Notes: a model not told the origin generated them from the sequence alone. DNA of 64,000 nucleotides from an uncultured Actinomycetota bacterium (GCA_963757695.1 CAVWTJ010000002.1:409461-473460), one strand, 5' to 3'; shown: positions 42,499 to 53,590, numbered from the stretch's first letter. Made by a program: numbers and translations.

Positions 42499-44700
42499 TC
42501 AGCTGACGGGCTGCACGACGCGCGCGTCGCTCGTGCTGTCGGAGACCGCACGGCCACCCGGGGCCGTCGGCCGCGAGGGCCACCAGGTCCGCTCCCCCAG
42601 CAGCACGAGCAGGGCCGGCAGCATGACCAGTCGCACCAACGTCGCGTCGAGCAGGATGGCGGCGGACAGTCCGATACCCATCATCTTCATCTCCAGCAGC
42701 GACAGCGTCGCGAAGATGGCGAACACCGACACCATCACCGCCGCGGCGCTGGTCACCACGCCGGCGGTGTCGGAGATGCCGCGCTCGACGGCCTGACGGG
42801 TCGAGAGGCCGGCCGCTACGTGCTCACGGATCCGACTCACGACGAAGACGTGGTAGTCCATCGAGAGCCCCACCAGGACGACGAGCACGAACAGCGGCAG
42901 CCAGTCGATCACGAAGCCCGGTGCCGTGAAACCGAGCAGGTCGGCGCCCCACCCGTGCTGGAAGACCAGGGCCATCACCCCGAACGACATCGCGACGGAG
43001 GCGAGGTTGAGCACGACCGAGACGAGCGCGATCGCGCCGCTCCGGAAGGTGGCCAGCATCATCAGGAAAGTCAGGAGCAGGACGAAGCCGATGACGAGCG
43101 GAAGCCGATCGGACTGACGGTCGGCGAAGTCGAGGTTCTCGGCCGCCCCGCCGCCGACGGCGGTCTCGACGCCGTCGATCGCGGAGAACGACGCGGGCAC
43201 CAGGTCGGTGCGCAGGAGGCGCAGCGCCTCGTCGACCCGCGCGTCGGACTCGTCGTACGGCATCGCGATGCGCATCACCGAGGTGCGGCCGTCGGCTGAG
43301 GTCTCCACCTCGGCCGGGGAGTCGCCCGGAGCCACGAAGTCACCGGTGGCCACGGCCCGATCAAGCAGGTCCCCGAACGCCTGTGCCACGCGACCTTGAT
43401 CGGATGCGGCCCCCCGAGCCACCACGGTCGCCGCGGCTCCCTCCGAGGGGAAGGTCGTGGTGATGTCGCGCATCGTCTGCACCTCGGCGATCGAGGCGGG
43501 CAGGGTGTCGAGGTTGCCGGCATGCATGCGTAGCCCGAGTGCCGGCACGGCCAGGGCAGCGACCACGAACCCGGAGAGCGCCAGTGCCGCCACCGGGCGT
43601 CGGAGCACCGGTGCCAGCAGCCGGCGGCTGAGCCCGCCGCGGCCGATCCGTGCGTTGAGCCGCCACAGCAACGGCACCCGCGGGCGGTCCACCCAGCGGC
43701 CGAGCTTGACCAGCAGCGCGGGGAGCACCGTGATCGAGCCGATCACGGCAATGGCGACCACGAGGATCGCGCCGACCGCGAGTGAGTTGAACGTCGCGCC
43801 GCCGACGATGAACAACCCGGACAAGGCCGCGATGACGGCGACTCCCGAGACGAGGATCGAGTGCCCCGAGGTCTCGGCGGCGATCGCGACGGCGTCGAGG
43901 GTGCTGTGACCGTTGGCCCGCTCCTCGCGCTCGCGCTTGAGGTAGAAGAGCGAGTAGTCCACGCCCACGGCCATCCCGATGAGCACGATCATGCTCGTCA
44001 CCGTCCCCTCGGCGTGAACGAAGTGGGAGATCGGAGCCAGGATCCCGATCGTGGCGGCCACGCTGGTGACGGCGAACAGCACCGGGATGCCGGCCGCGAC
44101 CAGCGCCCCGAACGCGAGGAGCATCAGCACCAGCGTGATCGGGAGACTGGTGAACTCAGCCGAGCCGAGGTCCTCCGACACCCGGTCGTTGATCGCGCCG
44201 TCGAGACTCACATCGCCCGATTCGCGGACGGTGAGCGACGGGTGCGCCTGCGCTACGGCGTCAGTCACCTCCTGAAGTGGCGCCACGTCCAGGTCGCCGT
44301 CGCGGGCCAGCTGCACCGAGACGAGCAGTGCGGTGCGGTCGGCGCTCCACTGCGGCGATGCCACGGCGGTGACGCCCGGCGTCGAGACCATCGCGGTACG
44401 CAGCTCGGCTCCGGCCGCCCCTGCCTCCTTCCGGTCCAGCGCCTTGCTGTCCCCGGCGGTGATCACGACCAGCTCGGTGTCGGGGCTGTCGAGCTCGCCC
44501 TCGGTGAGGAACACATCGGCCTGCCCCGAATCACCCAGCCGGTAGTCGGCGTCCTGCGTCTCCACCGTGGGGATGATCGCCGCCAGGCCGACGGCGATCA
44601 CGACGAAGGCGAGCCAGGCCAGGATCGCCCGCCACGGATGCAGGGCGCTCCAACGGGCGCTGCGCCGCGGTAGCGCGGTGAGGGGGTTGGTCACGGACAT
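42499..44700 (-). CDS. MMPL/RND-family transporter
   Basis: GMAVGVDYSLFYLKREREER; GLSMDYHVFVVSRIRE; LDATLVRLVMLPA. Confidence 0.93.
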   Translation of the reverse strand: MSVTNPLTALPRRSARWSALHPWRAILAWLAFVVIAVGLAAIIPTVETQDADYRLGDSGQADVFLTEGELDSPDTELVVITAGDSKALDRKEAGAAGAELRTAMVSTPGVTAVASPQWSADRTALLVSVQLARDGDLDVAPLQEVTDAVAQAHPSLTVRESGDVSLDGAINDRVSEDLGSAEFTSLPITLVLMLLAFGALVAAGIPVLFAVTSVAATIGILAPISHFVHAEGTVTSMIVLIGMAVGVDYSLFYLKREREERANGHSTLDAVAIAAETSGHSILVSGVAVIAALSGLFIVGGATFNSLAVGAILVVAIAVIGSITVLPALLVKLGRWVDRPRVPLLWRLNARIGRGGLSRRLLAPVLRRPVAALALSGFVVAALAVPALGLRMHAGNLDTLPASIAEVQTMRDITTTFPSEGAAATVVARGAASDQGRVAQAFGDLLDRAVATGDFVAPGDSPAEVETSADGRTSVMRIAMPYDESDARVDEALRLLRTDLVPASFSAIDGVETAVGGGAAENLDFADRQSDRLPLVIGFVLLLTFLMMLATFRSGAIALVSVVLNLASVAMSFGVMALVFQHGWGADLLGFTAPGFVIDWLPLFVLVVLVGLSMDYHVFVVSRIREHVAAGLSTRQAVERGISDTAGVVTSAAAVMVSVFAIFATLSLLEMKMMGIGLSAAILLDATLVRLVMLPALLVLLGERTWWPSRPTAPGGRAVSDSTSDARVVQPVS

Positions 44701-44847
44701 GACGTCTCCTGGTGCTCGAGGATTCGGAGAATGCGGATACGTGAAGCCTCGTGACTCGTGACCCCCGAGTCAGGGGCGTGAGGACCCCGAACGATGGTGG
44801 TGCCTGCACCCCTGACCCGTGCCGGCCGCGGGGGCGACAATGAGCAG

Positions 44848-46012
44848 ATGAGCAGCCCCGGACGACGCCCCGCGCCCGGGACGTCTGCGCCTGACCGGGT
44901 ACGCCGTGGCGCAGCTGCTCCTGGCCGTGCCGGCGCTCGTCGTACTCGTGCTGACGGTCGTCGGCCTGGCCTGCTCGTCGTCTGGGTCGGTGGCCTGCTG
45001 CTCGCCGTCTCGGTGCCCGCGACGCGCTGGCTGGCCCAGCTGCACCGTCGGATGGCCGCGAGCGTGCTCGGGATCGCCGAGCCACGCCCCTACCGGCCGT
45101 TGCCGGCCGGACGACCCCGTGGGCGGTCCTCACGACGATCGCCCGCGACCCGATGACCTACCGCGACCTGGGCTGGGCGGCGTGGGCCTGCACGTTCGGG
45201 TTCGCCGTCCCTGTCGTCGTCCTCGAGCTGCTCGCCGTCGTCACCGTCCCGCGTGGTGGTGGGGCATCGCGCTACCAGATGCGGCTGCGCTCCCAGGTCG
45301 ACCTGTGGTTCCTCGCCACGAGTCGCACCGAGCATCTCGAGCAACGGGTGCAGGTGCTCACCGAGACCCGCGCCGACCTCGTCGACCACTCGGCCGCCGA
45401 GCTGCGACGCCTCGAGCGCGACCTGCACGACGGTCCCCAGGCCCGGCTGGTGGCGCTCTCGATGAGTCTCGGGCTGGCCGACCAGGCCTTCGACTCCGAC
45501 CCCGAGACGGCTCGACGGCTCGTCGACGACGCCCGCGCAACAGCCCAGGCGGCGATCGTCGACCTGCGCTCCGTCGTGCGCGGCATCCACCCGCCCGTGC
45601 TCGCCGACCGGGGCCTGGCCGGCGCGGTCTCGGCGCTCGCCCTCGACATGGCGGTCCCGGTCGTCGGTCGACGAGCGACCTGGTCGAGCGACCGCCCGCG
45701 CCGGTGGAGTCCGCCCTCTACTTCGCGGTCGCCGAGTGCCTGGCCAACATCGGCAAGCACGCCGGCGCCCGCCGCGGCTGGATCAGGGTGGAACGCTCGG
45801 CGACCGGCGTCCGGATCGTGGTCGGCGACGACGGACGGGGCGGCGCCGATCCGGGCGCCGGAACCGGCATGCTGGGGGTCCAGCGCCGGCTCGCCGCCTT
45901 CGACGGCACCATGGTGGTGTCGAGCCCGACCGGCGGGCCGACCGAGGTGATCCTGGAGGTGCCGTGCGACTCGTCCTCGCCGAGGACCACGCCCTCCTCC
46001 GGGCGGGGATGA
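44848..46012 (+). CDS. Sensor histidine kinase (HisKA_3), frameshifted
   Basis: RRLERDLHDGPQARL, RGIHPPVL, AECLANIGKHA, DDGRGG, GTGMLG. Confidence 0.9.
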
Positions 46013-46599
46013 CCCAGCTCCTCGAGACCAACGGGTTCACGGTCCTGCACGCGGCCCAGGACGAGCCCGGGCTGCGCGCGGCGCTGCGTGACCCGGCGCG
46101 GAGGCCGCGGTGGTCGACGTACGACTCCCGCCGGGGCAGACCGACGAGGGGCTGCGCGCCGCCATCGAGGTGCGCAGCCGCGCGGCCGGGCTTCCCGGTG
46201 ATGGTGATCTCGCAGTACGTCGAGCACCTCTACGCCCGCGAGCTGCTCGCCAGTGGCGAGGGTGCGGTGGGCTACCTGCTGAAGGACCGGGTCTCCGACG
46301 TCGCGGAGTTCGTCGACGGGGTGCGCCGCGTGGCCGACGGGGCCACCGTCCTGGACCCGGAGGTGGTGGCCTCGATCATGGGCCGGCACCGTCCGGTCGA
46401 CCGGCTCACGCCCCGCGAGCGGGAGGTGCTGAGCCTGATGGCCGAGGGCCGCTCGAACGCCGCGATCGCGGCCGGCCTGGTCGTGACCGAGAAGGCGGTG
46501 GCCAAGCACATCAACGCGATCTTCACCAAGCTGGACCTCCCGGTCGCCGAGGACGACCACCGCCGCGTCCGTGCCGTGCTGACCTACCTGCGCGCCTGA
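45964..46599 (+). CDS. NarL/LuxR-family response regulator, frameshifted
   Basis: VLAEDHALLR, DVRLPP, GYLLKDRV, LTPREREVLSLMAEGRSN. Confidence 0.92.
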   Translation: MRLVLAEDHALLRAGMTQLLETNGFTVLHAAQDEPGLRAALRDPARRPRWSTYDSRRGRPTRGCAPPSRCAAARPGFPVMVISQYVEHLYARELLASGEGAVGYLLKDRVSDVAEFVDGVRRVADGATVLDPEVVASIMGRHRPVDRLTPREREVLSLMAEGRSNAAIAAGLVVTEKAVAKHINAIFTKLDLPVAEDDHRRVRAVLTYLRA

Positions 46600-46613
46600 G
46601 GTACGACGGCGGG

Positions 46614-48335
46614 TCAGGTCAGCAAGTCGAGCACCGCGGCCCGTCCGGCCGTCGGGTCGGTGGCGGCGAGCGCCGCCTCGGCCGCGTCCTCGCACTGCTG
46701 CATCGTGACCGAGGCCAGCTTGGCACCCACCGGACGGGTGGCCGCTGCGGCCATCGACAGCGAGGTGATGCCCATGCCGACCAGGGCACAGGCCAGCAGC
46801 GGGTCGGCAGCGGCCTCCCCGCAGACCCCGACCGGCTTGCCGGCGTTGCGCCCGGCCTCCGCGGTGATCGCGATGAGCTGGAGGACGGCCGGCTGCCAGG
46901 GGTCGGTCAGGTGGGCCAGGTCGGTGGCCATCCGGTCCGCGGCCATCGTGTACTGGGTGAGGTCGTTGGTGCCGATGGAGAGGAAGTCGACCACCTCGAG
47001 CATCCGGTGCGCCAGGAGTGCCGCACTGGGCACCTCCACCATCACGCCCGGCTTGAGTCCTCGGGAGCGGACCTTGTCACCGAACTCGGCGGCCTCGGCG
47101 ACGGTGGCGACCATCGGGGCCATCACCCACGTCTCGGTGTCCGTCGACCCGGCGGCGGACGCGATCGCGTCGAGCTGGCGATCCATCAGGCCGGGGTTGG
47201 CGAACGACAGCCGCAGGCCCCGGACCCCGAGCGCGGGGTTCTCCTCGCCCTCGAGCGTGGCGAAGGCGACCGGCTTGTCGGACCCGGCGTCCAGCGTGCG
47301 GACCACGACGTACCGACCGTCGCCGAAGGCGCTCAGCACCGAGGAGTAGATCTCGGCCTGCTCCTCGACGCTGGGCTCGGTGGCCTGGTTGAGGAAGCAC
47401 AGCTCGGTACGGAAGAGGCCTACGCCCTCGACGGGGCTCTGCGAGGCCTTGGCGGCCGAGTCGCCGTCGGCGACGTTGGCGAGGATCTTGACCCCGATGC
47501 CGTCGGCGGTGCCGCCGGGTCCGGCCCAGGCCTCGTGCGCGGCGCGGTCGCGGGCGGCCTGGGCGACGCGCTCGGTCGCGCCGGCCTCCTCGGGCTCGAC
47601 CTCGATGTCGCCGAGGATGCCGTCGACGAGCAGCAGCGTGCCGGAACCGACGGCGAGCACTCCCGCGACGCCGACGACGCAGGGGATGCCGAGCTGGCGG
47701 GCGATGATCGCGGTGTGGCTGGTCGGGCCGCCCCGCTCGGTGACCAGGGCGACCACCAGCTGCGGGTCGAGGCCGGCGGTGTCGGCCGGGGCCAGGTCCT
47801 CGGCCACCAGGACCGACGGCACGGACGGCGTGGGCACGCCGGGCTCGGGCTCGCCCACGATGCGGGCGACCAGGCGCCGTTCGATGTCGCGCAGGTCGGT
47901 GGCGCGCTCGGCCATCAGCCCGCCCATCTGCGTGAACGCCGCGACGAACTGCTCGACCGCGCCGTGCACCGCGGCCAGCAGGTCCTCGTCGGCGCGCAGG
48001 TTCTTGCGCACGGCGCCGCGCAGTCCGCGGTCGGTGGCCAGGCCGGCGCTGGCGCTCATCACCTCGGCGACGTGCCCGCTCGCACGTCCCGCCTTGTCGG
48101 TGAAGCCGGCGGCCACCGCGCTCGCGGCCTCGTCGTAGGCGGCGAGGGCCGCGTCGGCGTCGGCGAAGTCACCGACCCCGAAGTCGCGCACCGCCTCGGG
48201 CGACACCTCGCCGCGCGCCAGCAGCGCCGGCCCGTAGCCGGCGCCGGGTACGACGGCGGTGCCGTGCAGCGTGCGCGAGGGCGCGCCCTGGGTCGCCGGG
48301 GCGCTGGGGGTCTGGTTCGAGGTGGCCACGGTCAC
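46614..48335 (-). CDS. ptsI: PEP-protein phosphotransferase (PTS enzyme I)
   Basis: GGPTSHTAIIAR, GVGLFRTE, RTLDAGSDK, ENPALGVRGLR, SIGTNDLTQY, GVCGE. Confidence 0.95.
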   Translation of the reverse strand: MTVATSNQTPSAPATQGAPSRTLHGTAVVPGAGYGPALLARGEVSPEAVRDFGVGDFADADAALAAYDEAASAVAAGFTDKAGRASGHVAEVMSASAGLATDRGLRGAVRKNLRADEDLLAAVHGAVEQFVAAFTQMGGLMAERATDLRDIERRLVARIVGEPEPGVPTPSVPSVLVAEDLAPADTAGLDPQLVVALVTERGGPTSHTAIIARQLGIPCVVGVAGVLAVGSGTLLLVDGILGDIEVEPEEAGATERVAQAARDRAAHEAWAGPGGTADGIGVKILANVADGDSAAKASQSPVEGVGLFRTELCFLNQATEPSVEEQAEIYSSVLSAFGDGRYVVVRTLDAGSDKPVAFATLEGEENPALGVRGLRLSFANPGLMDRQLDAIASAAGSTDTETWVMAPMVATVAEAAEFGDKVRSRGLKPGVMVEVPSAALLAHRMLEVVDFLSIGTNDLTQYTMAADRMATDLAHLTDPWQPAVLQLIAITAEAGRNAGKPVGVCGEAAADPLLACALVGMGITSLSMAAAATRPVGAKLASVTMQQCEDAAEAALAATDPTAGRAAVLDLLT

Positions 48336-48354
48336 ACGGTAACCCCCCGCGCGC

Positions 48355-48383
48355 TTGACAATCAACAGATACGGGCATAAAAC
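48355..48383 (+). promoter_or_regulatory. SigA-type promoter of the fructose operon
   Basis: TTGACA-N17-TAAAAC. Confidence 0.75.
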
Positions 48384-48416
48384 AACATGAGTAAAGAAGG
48401 TGAGGGAGGTCACGCG

Positions 48417-49184
48417 ATGTATGCAGAGGAACGACAGCAAGCCATGGCCAGGCTCGTGACCGAACGTCACCGCCTGTCCGTCGCGGCACTGGCCGAAGAG
48501 TACTCCGTCACGACCGAGACGGTCCGGCGCGACCTGTCCCAGCTCGAACGCCTCGGCCTGGTCCGACGCGTGCACGGCGGCGCCGTGCCTGCGGGATCGT
48601 TGGCGACCATCGAGGCCGAGCTCGGGGAGCGTGCGGCCACCAACACCGAGCTCAAGGACGCGATCGCGATCGCTGCACTGAGCCAGCTGCCGCCCGACGG
48701 CTCGACGCTCATCTTCGACGCGGGTACGACGACAGCCCGGTTGGCCGCCGCTCTCCCCCACGCGCGCCGCTTCGTCGCCTTCACCCACGCCGTCCCGGTC
48801 GCCGGACGGCTGGCCGGCCTGCCCAACGTCGAGCTGCACCTGCTGCCGGGCCGGGTCCGCACGACCACCCAGGCAGCGGTCGGCTCCGACACCGTGGCCG
48901 CGCTGGACCGGGTGCGCGCCGACACCGTCTTCCTCGGGACCAACGCCATCAGCACCGGCCACGGCCTGTCCACCCCCGACTCCGACGAGGCCTCCACCAA
49001 GAGCGCCCTCGTCTCCTCCGCGCGCCGCGTCGTCGTGCTCGCCGACTCCAGCAAGGTCGGTCGGGAGTCGGCGATCCGCTTCGCGACGCTCGAGGAGGTC
49101 GACTGCCTGGTGACCGACGACGGCATCGATCCCCACGACCGCCGCAGCTTCGAGGCCACCGGCATCGAGGTCGTCATCGCGTGA
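48417..49184 (+). CDS. DeoR/GlpR-family regulator (FruR-like)
   Basis: MYAEERQQ, VTTETVRRDL, RVHGGA, DAGTTT, LADSSK. Confidence 0.93.
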   Translation: MYAEERQQAMARLVTERHRLSVAALAEEYSVTTETVRRDLSQLERLGLVRRVHGGAVPAGSLATIEAELGERAATNTELKDAIAIAALSQLPPDGSTLIFDAGTTTARLAAALPHARRFVAFTHAVPVAGRLAGLPNVELHLLPGRVRTTTQAAVGSDTVAALDRVRADTVFLGTNAISTGHGLSTPDSDEASTKSALVSSARRVVVLADSSKVGRESAIRFATLEEVDCLVTDDGIDPHDRRSFEATGIEVVIA

Positions 49185-49212
49185 ACACCCACGTCCCCCA
49201 GGAAGGCCGACC

Positions 49213-50178
49213 ATGATCGTCACCCTGACCCCGAACCCGAGCATCGACCGCACGGTCCAGCTCACCGGGCCGCTGCAGCGCGGTGCGGTGCACCGGCTCG
49301 AGTCGGTGCTCTCCCAGGCCGGCGGCAAGGGCGTCAACATCTCCCGCGCCTGCGTCGCGGCCGGCGTACCGACGATCGCGGTGCTGCCGGCGGCGCCGGA
49401 CGACCCGTTCGTGCAGGAGCTCACCGGCTCGGGCATCCCGAGCCGACTGGTCGCCACGCAGGGCACCGTCCGGGTCAACTTCACGATCAGCGAGCCCGAC
49501 GGCACCACGACCAAGCTCAACAGCCCCGGTCCGCGCGCGACGCCCGAGGGTCTCGCCGCGCTGGCCGCCACCCTGCGCGAGCTCGCCGCGGAGAGCGCCT
49601 GGATCGTCCTGGCCGGCTCCTTGCCGCCCGGTGCTCCCGTCGGCTGGTACGCCGACCTGGTGGCCTCGCTGCGTGCGACGACCCAGGTGGCCGTCGACAC
49701 GAGCGACGCCCCGCTGCGTGCGCTGGTGGACCGCATCGATGCGGCGCCTCCGCACGTCATGAAGCCCAACGGCGAGGAGCTCGCGTCGTTCACCGGGGGG
49801 GATGCGGACACGCTCGAGGCCGACCCCGCCGCCGCGGCTGCGGCCGCCCGGACCCTCGTGGACCGCGGCGTCGAGAGCGTGCTCGCCACGCTGGGCGGCA
49901 ACGGCGCGGTGCTCGTGACCCGCGAGGGCGCCTGGCACGCCAGTCCCCCGCCGACCGAGGTGGTCAGCACCGTCGGTGCCGGCGACTCCAGCCTGTTCGG
50001 CTACCTCCTCGGGGACCTGCGGGGCCTGGAACCCGCCCATCGCCTCGCGCTCGCCGTCGCCTACGGCAGCGCGGCCGCAGGACTACCCGGCACCACCATC
50101 CCGCAGCCCACGCAGGTGCACCCCGACCTGGTCGTCGTGCGCGAGCTGCACCATCTGATCCACCTCGAGGAAGAGTGA
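49213..50178 (+). CDS. fruK: 1-phosphofructokinase
   Basis: TLTPNPSIDRT, GGKGVNISR, GSLPPG, KPNGEEL, STVGAGDS. Confidence 0.92.
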   Translation: MIVTLTPNPSIDRTVQLTGPLQRGAVHRLESVLSQAGGKGVNISRACVAAGVPTIAVLPAAPDDPFVQELTGSGIPSRLVATQGTVRVNFTISEPDGTTTKLNSPGPRATPEGLAALAATLRELAAESAWIVLAGSLPPGAPVGWYADLVASLRATTQVAVDTSDAPLRALVDRIDAAPPHVMKPNGEELASFTGGDADTLEADPAAAAAAARTLVDRGVESVLATLGGNGAVLVTREGAWHASPPPTEVVSTVGAGDSSLFGYLLGDLRGLEPAHRLALAVAYGSAAAGLPGTTIPQPTQVHPDLVVVRELHHLIHLEEE

Positions 50179-52295
50179 TTCCCGTGACCGACCTCATCAC
50201 CGCCGACCTGGTTCGGCTCGATGCCGACCTCGGCTCCGACAAGCACGACGTGATCAGGGGGCTGACCGACGTCGTCGCAGGCGCCGGTCGCGCCACCGAT
50301 GTCGAGAGGCTGCTGGCAGACGCCCTGGAGCGCGAGGCCAAGTCGCCCACCGGCCTCAAGGACGGCATCGCGATCCCGCACTGCCGCACGTCCGGCGTGG
50401 AGGTCCCGACCCTGGCCTTCGCCCGGCTCTCCCCGCAGGTCGACTTCGGGGCCAAGGACGGGCCGGCCCAGCTGGCCTTCCTCATCGCCGCACCCGAGGG
50501 CGGGGACAACACCCACCTGAAGATCCTGACCAAGCTCGCCCGCGCCCTGGTGCGTCCCGCGTTCACCCAGGGCCTGCGCGACGCGACGACCCCCGAGGAG
50601 ATCGTGGCGCTCGTCGCCGGTGTCGTCGAGGACGCCCCCGCGCCCGAGACGGTCGCCGCCGGCGCCGCTGCGTCCGCGGCCGGCAAGCACGCCGCGCCGA
50701 CCACGCCCGAGGCCGCCGGCGCCCCCTCGACGACCCGCCGCCTCGTGGCCGTGACGGCCTGCCCGACCGGGATCGCCCACACCTACATGGCCGCCGAGGC
50801 GCTCGAGGTCGCCGCCCAGCGCGCAGGCGTCGAGATCGCGGTGGAGACGCAGGGGTCCGCGGGATCCACCCCGCTGCCGGCCGAGACCATCCGGCAGGCC
50901 GACGCCGTCATCTTCGCCGTGGACGTGGGCGTCCGCGACCGGGGCCGCTTCGCCGGCAAGCCGCTCGTGTCCTCGAGCGTCAAGCGCCCGATCGACGACG
51001 GCGACGCGATGATCGCCGAGGCCCTCCGCTACGCCGACGACCCGAGCGCCCCGCGCGTGGAGGGCTCCTCCGGCGGCGCCGCGACGGGCGCCGGCGCAGG
51101 TGCCCCGGACGAGTCGTGGGCCGGACGGACCCGTCGGGTCCTGATGACCGGCGTGTCGTACATGATCCCGTTCGTGGCCGCCGGTGGTCTGCTGATCGCG
51201 CTCAGCTTCCTGCTCGGCGGGTACGAGATCGTCGGTCCCTACGGCGACATCGCCGTCAACAACACGATCTTCGACCTCCCGGACCCGGCTGCCCTCGGCC
51301 TTGACCACGCGCTCCTCGGTTCCGGGCTCGCCGCCTACATCGGCGCCCTGTTCTTCATCATCGGCAAGACCGCGTTCGCCCTCTTCATCCCGGCGTTCGC
51401 GGGCTACATCGCCTACGCGATCGCCGATCGCCCGGGCATCGCGCCGGGCTTCGTCATGGGTGGGCTGGCGGCGAACCTCTTCGGCGTCCAGACCTCCGCG
51501 GCGAACCCGGTCGCCTTCCCGGCCACCGGGTTCCTGGGCGCGATCGTCGGCGGCGTCCTCGCCGGCGTGATCGCGCACTGGATCAGCGGCTGGAAGGTGC
51601 CGACCTGGGCGCGCGGGCTGATGCCGGTCCTGGTGATCCCGCTCCTCACCGCGATCATCGCCGGACTGGTGATGATCGTCGTCCTCGGGGAGCCGATCAA
51701 CTGGCTGATGACCAACCTGAGCGACGGCCTGAACTCGATGAGCGGCAGCAGTGCCGTCCTGCTCGGCGTGGTGCTCGGCCTGATGATGGCCTTCGACATG
51801 GGCGGGCCGTTGAACAAGGTGGCCTACAGCTTCGCCGCCGTCGGCGTGGGCGGTGCCTCGCTGGCCTCCGACGCCCCGGAGCTCAAGATCATGGCCGCGG
51901 TCATGCTGGCCGGGATGGTGCCACCGATCGCTCTGGCACTCGCGACCGTCGTGCGACCGAGGCTCTTCAACCAGGCCGAGCGGGAGAACGGCAAGGCCGG
52001 GTGGTTGCTGGGCGCCAGCTTCATCACCGAGGGCGCGATCCCGTTCGCGGCCGCCGACCCCCTGCGGGTCATCCCCTCGATCATGCTCGGCAGCGCCGTC
52101 ACCGGCGGCCTGTCGATGGCCTTCGGCGTGGGCGTCCGCGCTCCGCACGGTGGGATCTTCGTGCTCTTCGCCGTCGACGGTGTGGTGGGATTCCTCATCG
52201 CGCTGGCCGCCGGAGCCGTGGTCGGCGCAGCCGCCGTCATCGCCTTGAAGTCCCTGTCCTCCGTACCCGTCGAGAGCGACCTCGCCACCGTCTGA
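50175..52295 (+). CDS. fruA: PTS fructose EIIABC
   Basis: EIIA AIPHCR; EIIB VTACPTGIAHTYMAA, VETQGS; EIIC LMTGVSYMIPFV, FDMGGPLNK, FITEGAIPFA. Confidence 0.95.
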   Translation: MIPVTDLITADLVRLDADLGSDKHDVIRGLTDVVAGAGRATDVERLLADALEREAKSPTGLKDGIAIPHCRTSGVEVPTLAFARLSPQVDFGAKDGPAQLAFLIAAPEGGDNTHLKILTKLARALVRPAFTQGLRDATTPEEIVALVAGVVEDAPAPETVAAGAAASAAGKHAAPTTPEAAGAPSTTRRLVAVTACPTGIAHTYMAAEALEVAAQRAGVEIAVETQGSAGSTPLPAETIRQADAVIFAVDVGVRDRGRFAGKPLVSSSVKRPIDDGDAMIAEALRYADDPSAPRVEGSSGGAATGAGAGAPDESWAGRTRRVLMTGVSYMIPFVAAGGLLIALSFLLGGYEIVGPYGDIAVNNTIFDLPDPAALGLDHALLGSGLAAYIGALFFIIGKTAFALFIPAFAGYIAYAIADRPGIAPGFVMGGLAANLFGVQTSAANPVAFPATGFLGAIVGGVLAGVIAHWISGWKVPTWARGLMPVLVIPLLTAIIAGLVMIVVLGEPINWLMTNLSDGLNSMSGSSAVLLGVVLGLMMAFDMGGPLNKVAYSFAAVGVGGASLASDAPELKIMAAVMLAGMVPPIALALATVVRPRLFNQAERENGKAGWLLGASFITEGAIPFAAADPLRVIPSIMLGSAVTGGLSMAFGVGVRAPHGGIFVLFAVDGVVGFLIALAAGAVVGAAAVIALKSLSSVPVESDLATV

Positions 52296-52365
52296 CCCCC
52301 GGGGCAGCATCCCGCGACCCCTCGCAGCACCTCCACCACCGCAGCACCCAACGAAGGAGCAGCTC

Positions 52366-52626
52366 ATGCCCACCAAGTCCGTCGTCGTCGGTTCCTCAGT
52401 CGGCCTGCACGCCCGTCCCGCCGCGATCATCTCCGAGGCCGCCGGCGAGCTCGACTCCGAGGTGCTCATCGGCCTCCCCGGCGACGAGGCGGTCGACGCC
52501 GGCTCCTCGCTGATGATCATGACGCTGGGAGCCGGCCCCGGTGACACCGTCGAGGTCTCCGGCGACGTCGAGGCCGACGTCGAGGCGATCGCCGCCCTGG
52601 TCGCCAAGGACCTCGACGCCGACTGA
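52366..52626 (+). CDS. ptsH: Phosphocarrier protein HPr
   Basis: VGLHARPAA; DAGSSLMIMTLG. Confidence 0.93.
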   Translation: MPTKSVVVGSSVGLHARPAAIISEAAGELDSEVLIGLPGDEAVDAGSSLMIMTLGAGPGDTVEVSGDVEADVEAIAALVAKDLDAD

Positions 52627-52648
52627 GTCGCACCGGGTGACTCACACC

Positions 52649-52684
52649 GGGTGGGCACGGACGTCTCGGCGTCCGTGCCCACCC
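52649..52684 (+). terminator. Fructose operon terminator
   Basis: GGGTGGGCACGGACG pairs with CGTCCGTGCCCACCC (15-bp stem). Confidence 0.75.
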
Positions 52685-52849
52685 GTTCCTCCGCCGTCCT
52701 CCGCCGTCCTCCGGGCCGGCTCGCGCCTCGCCCGCAGGGGCCACGACCGCCTCGTAGGGGGTCGACGGGGTGCTAGCGTCGGCGCCTCCGCTCCCGAGCC
52801 CCGAACGTGAGACCGACGTGTCCCTGCGCGAGCCGACCCGAGCGTCGGC

Positions 52850-53551
52850 ATGACCGACGCCGGGCAGGGCGGGCCGGTCGCGACCTCGGACCCTCCCCCA
52901 CGACGCGCCCGACGGCAGTGGACGTTCCGCCTCGGGCTGCTGCTGATCGCCGCCGGCCTGCTGCTGCTCGGTTACCTGGCCTGGCAGCTCTACGGCACCG
53001 ATCTCGTCTCCCAGCGGCGCCACCGCGCCACCGTCGAGCAGCTCGAGCAGCAGTGGGAGGGCTCCGACGGCGAGGCCACCGTGCGCACCGAGCACGGGAC
53101 GGCCGGCGCGATCCTGCGGGTGCCGCGCTTCGGTCAGGACTTCGCGGTCCCGATCCTCGAGGGCGTCGGTGACGACGCCCTCGCCTCCGGCATGGGCCAC
53201 TTCTCCGGCTCTGCCGACCCCGGGACGAGGGGCAACTACGCCCTGGCGGGGCATCGGATCACCCACGGCGAGCCGCTGCGCGACCTCCCCGGTCTCGAGC
53301 CCGGCGACGAGGTGGTGATCGAGACGCGCGACCGCGTCTTCCACTACGTCCTCGACACCGGCGGCGAGTCGCTGCGGGTGCCCTTCACCGCGTCCTGGGT
53401 GATCGACCCCCTCCCGGTCAACCCCGACGGGGGTGTCGGTCCGGCACCGGACCAGGCGCGCCTGATCACCCTCACGACCTGCGCCGAGCTGTTCCACACC
53501 GACGACCGGCTGATCGTCTTCGGCCACCTCGAGTCGGTCGAACGACGCTGA
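52850..53551 (+). CDS. Class E sortase
   Basis: N-terminal TM; GNYALAGHRITHGEP; ITLTTC; DRLIVFG. Confidence 0.9.
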   Translation: MTDAGQGGPVATSDPPPRRARRQWTFRLGLLLIAAGLLLLGYLAWQLYGTDLVSQRRHRATVEQLEQQWEGSDGEATVRTEHGTAGAILRVPRFGQDFAVPILEGVGDDALASGMGHFSGSADPGTRGNYALAGHRITHGEPLRDLPGLEPGDEVVIETRDRVFHYVLDTGGESLRVPFTASWVIDPLPVNPDGGVGPAPDQARLITLTTCAELFHTDDRLIVFGHLESVERR

Positions 53552-53590
53552 GCCGCGACCGGCCTCCCGCGGCCCTCGGCCCGGCGTGGG

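Noticed and set aside
46614-49970. 1118 aa extended enzyme I, and similar long ORFs such as 9635..12136 and 50061..52682
   Set aside because: The extensions are antisense or off-frame shadows of real genes, typical of high-GC DNA.
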